In this document: positions 49,748-64,000 of the stretch, piece by piece
Layout: every line of letters begins with the position of its first letter
Position numbering within the stretch: the first letter of the stretch is position 1
Source: the human T2T-CHM13v2.0 reference genome, Homo sapiens
Reading direction: 5' to 3' (one strand)
NCBI RefSeq assembly: GCF_009914755.1
Contig: NC_060927.1
DNA length: 64,000 nucleotides
Notes under the pieces: generated by a model
What the model was told of the DNA's origin: nothing
Databases searched by the model: none
Seen by the model: only the letters and a program-made list of their open reading frames with translations
Position numbers and translations under genes: made by a program

Positions 49748-50842
49748 TGTTGCGGGAAGTCAGGGACCCCAAATGGTGGGACCAACTGGACCCAGGGCAG
49801 AGGAACATAAATTGTGAAGATTTCATGGACATTTATCAGTTCCCAAAATTAATACTTTTATAATTTCTTACACCTGTCTTTACTGCAATCTCTGAACATA
49901 AATTGTGAAGATTTCATGGACATTTATCAGTTCCCAAATAATACTCTTTTAATTTCTTATGCCTGTCTTTACTTTAATCTCTTAATCCTGTTATCTTTGT
50001 AAGCTGAGAATGTATGTCACCTCAGGACCACTATTGTACAAATTGATTGTAAAACATGTGTGTTTGAACAATATGAAATCAGTGCACCTTGAAAAAGAAC
50101 AGAATAACAGTGATTTTCAGGGAACAAGGAAAGACAACCATAAGGTCTGACTGCCTGCAGGGTCAGGCAGAATAGAGCCATATTTTTCTTCTTTCGGAGA
50201 GCCTATAAATGGATGTACAAGTAGGAGAGATACCGCTGAATTCTTTTCCCAGCAAGGAATATTAATAATTAATACCCTGGGGAAGGAATGCATTCCTGAG
50301 GGGAGGTCTATAAACGGCCGCTCTGGGAGTGTCTGTCTTATGCGGTTGAGATAAGGACTGAAATACACCCTGGTCTCCTGCAGTACCCTCAGGCTTACTA
50401 GGATTGGGAAATTCCAGCCTGGTAAATTTGAGGTCAGATCAGTTCTCTGCTCTCAAACCCTGTTTTCTGTTGTTTAAGATGTTTATCAAGACAATATGTG
50501 CACAGCTGAACACAGACCATCATTAGTAATACTAATTTTGCCCTTTGCCTTGTGATCTTTGCTTTGCCCTTTGCCTTGTGATCTTTATTGCCCTTTAAAG
50601 CATGTGATCTTCGTGACCTACTCCCTGTTCATACACCCCCTCCCCTTTTAAAGTCTTTAATAAAAACCTGCTGGTTTTGCGGCTCAGGACATCATGGACC
50701 TACCAATATGTGATGTCATCCCCGGAGGCCCAGCTGTAAAATTCCTCTCTTTGTACTCTTTCTCTTTTTTCTCAGACCAGCCAACACTTAGGGAAAACAG
50801 AAAGAACCTACGTTGAAATACTGGGGGCGGGTTCCCCCAGCA
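49748..50842 (+). mobile_element. MER11 solo LTR (HERV-K11/HML-8), B/C-like
   Basis: TGTTGCGGGAAGTCAGGGACCCC...GGTTCCCCCAGCA with TG..CA ends; 6-bp TSD GAAAAT at 49742-49747 and 50843-50848; internal tandem duplication near the 5' end. Confidence 0.88.
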
Positions 50843-51034
50843 GAAAATATGTATAGCTAGTATGTATCAATAAAAAAGAGTCAGTATGTACCCTAAGATT
50901 TATACAAAGGAATATGTATTTTCAACAATTTATTCTCTTGTCATCAGCAAGATATCACTTGCCTGGTTTCCCCTTATTCTCTAGCTTCTATCCCTCAGTA
51001 TCCTTTTAAAGCTCATTATCAAAAAGCACTATCA

Positions 51035-51353
<319 letters not shown>

Positions 51354-51576
51354 CTATCACCCTTATTAATATACTATTCATAAATGAAAAAGACTCAGTG
51401 AAAACCCTTTTCCCTACCTGGCCTGTATAATACAGACACAAATCTCTTATGGAACAGGACACTCATGTCTAAGCACATGTTCATGTGCCCATGGTGTAAT
51501 GTTTGCTGAGACTTAGCAACCCTCAGAGGAAAAAAGGTTCTCAGCTTCTGGAACTATTTCATCTTATAAGATGAAA

Positions 51577-51625
51577 AATGAAATGAAATGAAATTGAAAT
51601 GAAATAATGAAATTGAAATGAAATA
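51577..51625. repeat. (GAAAT)n simple repeat
   Basis: Read directly from the sequence. Confidence 0.85.
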
Positions 51626-51825
51626 AAAAACGGATGTGACTCATGGCTACTCTAGTACCATGGGTTACATCCAGAAGGAATCCTCTGCCTCAGCCCTCCC
51701 TAGAAGCCAGGCAGGGCCTCTGCAGCCAAGTGATGAGGGTGTCAGTCCCACCTGTTTCTACAAGTTAAGCCATGAACTAGAACTAGAAATTGAGTTTTAC
51801 AAAACTGTAGGATAGAAAAGCAATA

Positions 51826-52556
51826 CAGTAGTCCTCCTTATCCATGGGGGATACATTCCAGGATCCTCAGTGGATGCGCAAAACTTCAAATAGTACTGAA
51901 CCCAATTGCCATCAATTGGAACATACGAGTTTCTGCTTATGACTTCCACCAACAAATTAATGGCCTTTTCCATCTTAACTGTGCACTATCACTCACTGTG
52001 GCCATAACAGTTGCAGTTTGAGGTGTGATAACAAAACTAGCATTAATTTCTTTTTCCTTTGTCAGGATAACATAGAAGATTCGTTCTCACCATAGATCTT
52101 AGCAACCTCAGCAATTTTTTTTCTTTCCTTATTAAGCCAAGAACTTTCACCTTTTCACTTAAAGGAAGTACTTCACAGCTTCTCTTTGGCATATCCAAAT
52201 TGCCAGCATCATTCCTCTTGCATCTTGGGCCTATTATTAAGTAAAATAAGGGTTACCTGAAAATAAGTACTGTGATACTATGACAGTAGATCTGATAACC
52301 AAGACAGCTACCAAGTGACTAATAGGCAGGTAGCACATACAGTGTGGATAAGGTGGAAAAGGAATGATTCATGTCCTGAATGGGACTGAACAAGATTGTG
52401 TGAGATTTCATCATGCTACTCAGAATAGTGTACAATTTTAAACTTATGAACTATTTATTTCTGGAATTTTCCATTTAATATTTTTGAACTGCAATTGACT
52501 GACCACAGGGAACTGAAATCACAAAAAGCAAAACCATGGATGAGGGGGAACTACTG
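51826..52556 (-). mobile_element. Complete MER44 (Tigger7-derived) DNA transposon
   Basis: TIRs CAGTAGTCCTCCTTATCCATGG and CCATGGATGAGGGGGAACTACTG; TA target duplication on both sides. Confidence 0.85.
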
Positions 52557-52589
52557 TATACAAAAATCAGTTAGATATCTCCTAATTCA

Positions 52590-52860
52590 TTGTATCAGGC
52601 CAACATTATCCTGATACCAAAGCCAGAGATACTACAAAAAGAAGAGAACTACAGACGAATATCTATTATGAATATGAATGCAAAAATCCTGAACAAAATA
52701 TTAGCAGGCCAAATTCAATAGCATATTAAAAGGATTATATACCACAACCAAGTGGAATTTATCCTTGGAATGCAAAGATGGCTCAACATACAAAAAATCA
52801 ATCAATGTAATACACCGCATTAGCACAATAAAGGAAAAAAGCCATATAATCATCTCAATT
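52590..52860 (+). mobile_element. L1 ORF2 reverse-transcriptase fragment
   Basis: Homologous to 27445-27715 (CCTGATACCAAAGCC...GATGCAAAAATCCT...CAAGTGG). Confidence 0.7.
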
Positions 52861-54915
52861 TTCAAAAATCCCAAAACACTCCTGGGGAAACTTTAGCCCC
52901 CAAAGCTAAACTCACTTCTTTGGTTTTCCTTTCTAAGATCATGGTATGTGCACAGCACCTTCCTCCAAAGAGGATTTTGATTTTACGTAAAATGCAATAT
53001 ATAAACTATCATTTCTCCAACTCCTTAAACTAAGATCTTGGCTTGAGGTTCCCTGGTTATATCCAGGAGATTGGAAACCAGATTGTGACCCTGCTTACTC
53101 TTTGGAATAAGATGCCTTAATCTTAGGCTTCAAATAATTCCCATTAATACTTTTTAAAATACTATTCCCTGCATATGCAGATAAGCAGGCACATAAGGAA
53201 ACAAGACACCATGAACTACAGTGTAAAGAAACAAGACATGGAAATTCTAGGGGAAAATGGCAGATAGGAGGCAGGACTAGATTGCAGTTCCCACTCAGAT
53301 GAACAGAGCAGTGGGTGGAGACTCACATCATGAACTTTTGCTCCAAAACTACTACAGGAATACATCAGGAAAGCTGAGAAAATCCACAGACCCTCTGAAA
53401 GAAGCAGACTGCTCCTGCAGGACCTAGGAGACACCCCAAATATTGTGAATGCCCAAGCTATGAAAGTAGGAAAGGAGAGATTGTCCACCCCTGAATACAT
53501 ACCCTCACTGGGGAACCTGAAGGTCTAGCTCACGGGACAGGATTTGACTTTACCTGGAGCTGAGTCAAATTAGAGAGCTGAGCAAAATAAAGGGGTAGAG
53601 GAAGGAATGGGAAAAGCCCTGTGGGCTCTCTGGGTCCCCTGGGAAGCCATTTCTGACTTGTCTCACAGGGGTCCTTTGGGAGGGCTGACAGAGGAACTGG
53701 TAAAAGACCATACAGGAAGGAAACCTCCAGCTGAACTTTCTAACAACTCCAACCGGACGTGAAGCTTTCTGGCCGAACTCGGGGAAGGGCATGAATCTAG
53801 TGTGCAGATTTGAGAAGCGGGGAGGCACGGAAGCCCTGCTGGCTTTCTCAGCTGGGAGGCTGGTAGCCTGAGGCAAATTCTCAGCTCTGCTCACTCACTG
53901 CCTGGAAACAAACTTGGTGTTGTTGGGTGGGGCGGGTAGTGGGCATGATGGGAGTGAGACCGGCCTTTTGGATTGCGTGGGAGCTGGGTGAGGCCTATAA
54001 CTTCCTGCTTTCCCCAACTTCCCTGACAATCTGCATGACACAGCAGAGGCAGCCATAATCCTGCTGGGAACAGAACTCCACTGAACCTGGGACCCATACC
54101 CCCATGCCCCACAGCAGCTGCAGCAAGCCCTGCCCAAGGAGAATCTGAGCTCAGACACGCCTAACCCTGGCCCAACATGATGGTCCTTCTCTATCTGCTC
54201 TGGTAGCTGAAGACAAAGAGCATATTCTCTTCGGAGTTCTAGGGCCCTGCCTACTGCCTGATCCCCGTTATACTACCACAGCTGATGCTCTCTTGAATGT
54301 GCCACCTCCTGGCAGGAGGTCAACCAGTGTAAAAATAGCGCATTAAACAACCAAAACTAAAAATCCTCACAGAGTCCATTTCACTCCCATGCCACTTCCA
54401 CCAGAGCAGGTGCTGGTATCCACTGCTGAGAGACATGAAGACGGTTCACATCAAAGGACTCTGTGCAGATAATCCCCAGTACCAGCCTGGAGCCTGGTAG
54501 CCCTTCTGGGTGGTTAGATCCAGAAGAGAAATAACAATCATTACAGCTCAGCTCTCAGGAAGCCACATCCCTGGAAAAAGGGAGATAGTATTACATCAAA
54601 GGAACATCCCGTGGGACAAAAGAATCTGAACAGCAGCCTTGAGCCCCAGACCTTCCCACTGACATAGCCTACCCAAATGAGAAGGAACCAGAAAAACAAT
54701 TCTGATATGACAAAACAAGGTTCTTTAACACTCCCCAAAAATTACACTAGCTCACCAGCAATGGATCCAAACCAAGAAGAAATCCCTGATTTACCTGAAA
54801 ATAATTCAGAAGGGTGATTATTAAGCTAATCAAGGAGGCACCAGAGAAGGGTGAAGTCCAACTTTTAAAAAATTCAAAAAATGATACAAGAAATGAGGAG
54901 AGAAATCTTCAGTGA

Positions 54916-62201
<7,286 letters not shown>

Positions 62202-62658
62202 AAGAATGATACAATGGACTTTGGGGACTCAGAGGGAAAGGGTGAAAAGGGAGTGAGGAACAAAAGACTACAAACTGGGTTCAGTGTATACTGCTTGGTG
62301 CACCAAATCTCACAAATCACCACTAAAGTAATTATAAATGTAACCAAATACCACCTGTTACCCCAAAGCCTATGGAAATAAAAAATTTTTAAAAAAGAAA
62401 TAAGACATAACAGATCAAGCCCACAAAGAACATCCAATATTAGAGTTATCAGACACAGACAATTTTAAAACTATGCTTCTATGCTTAAGGAAATAAAAGA
62501 GAACTCCTGTTCTGTAAATAATAGACTAGGTAATTCAGACCAATTATCTTACTGAGAAAAACTTTAAAAAGATGATCAAAAAATTTTTAAATCTGTTTGA
62601 AAGTGCTAACAAGGAAATGAAAATTACAGGACCATGATTCTGGAGAAAAAAGAAAACT

Positions 62659-62963
<305 letters not shown>

Positions 62964-64000
62964 TCAAAGTAGCAAGTCTAGCTTTTGGAGCTACATTTCC
63001 CACAAGTGTGTTTTCAGACACCTGAAAAGGTGTCAGAAGCTAAGAAGGTGACCAAAGATATTTTTTCTTATGCCTGCCAGGGATATGAAACAAAAATTAG
63101 ACACAAAGGCCTAACAAAGAAGGGAAGGTCCTAGGAAACTTCTCACACTACACCCTAGGAATAATGATGAACTAGAAATACACTAGTTTTCTTTGGGACT
63201 GAGGTATATTTCAAACCATCACAATCTCTAAAGCTGGATTAAGATGATCCCAGATTACTAGTACACCTAGATGTCTACCAGAAGCAATCATGATTACCTC
63301 TAGGGTAAAATAACACCACAGTAGATCTCAACTTATTTCTACAACTGTTCCTATACAAAGCTCAGCACTCAGTAAAAAACAACCAGGCACACCAGGAGTA
63401 AAAACAGCATAAAAGGAAACCTACAAAAACAGCAGGCTATAAAAAGTAATCCACTGAGAACCAGAGAGTCAAATTATCAGACATGCTGACTTCTAAAAAT
63501 TGAGGTGAAGTTCACATAACATAAAATTAACCATTTTAAAGTGAGCAATTCAGTAGCATTTAGGACATTCACAATATTATGCAAACACCACCTCTATCTT
63601 GTTCCCAAAATCAGACACAGATTTTAAAATAAGTAAATTTAATATATTCAGAGACACAAAACAGATAATTTCAGCAGAAAGCTGGAAACCAAAGCAAAGA
63701 CACTAGAAATTCTAAAACTAAAAAATACAATAACCGAAAGAAAATATCCAGAATAAAGTATCAAAAGACAAAAGGAAGAAACATAAAGAATAAACATGAA
63801 AGACATAGGGTAGTCAATGATAAATACTAATGGAATTGGACTCCTGGGCAAATTGAAAAGAGAAAATGAGGCAGAAACAATATTTGAAGACATAATAGCT
63901 AAGAATGTACCCAAACTGATGAAAGACATCAAGCTACACACTCAAGAAATGCTGCAAAATCAAAGGAAGATAAATCAAAAGAAAACTCGCCTAGGCACAA

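Overview
Primate (very probably human) genomic DNA covering the central and 3' part of the centrosomal gene CEP70 on the minus strand. Eleven coding exons were mapped by hand between 41920 and 2599. All have GT-AG ends, their phases are consistent, and they splice into one open frame (VKCQHYKKK...NDLLEIL). The upstream exons and the last exon lie outside the window. The rest is intron filled with retroelements: about 30 Alus, a full-length L1PA4 containing an old SVA and itself sitting in an AluY tail, a full-length L1PB, an older L1M, two MER11 solo LTRs in opposite orientation, a MER52 LTR, Tigger-type DNA transposons and a truncated U6 retrocopy. No prokaryotic-type system is present. The best leads are: (1) an intact, extended L1 ORF0 whose second splice donor is in frame with the next CEP70 exon, predicting an ORF0-CEP70 C-terminal fusion; (2) a sub-kb Alu-Alu inversion shown by a split MER44 and an inverted TSD; (3) a perfect 108-bp templated inverted insertion in the old L1PB; (4) two candidate intronic-polyadenylation C-termini of CEP70. 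Subfamily names come from recalled consensus sequences, not from a RepeatMasker run, and most repeat boundaries are approximate.
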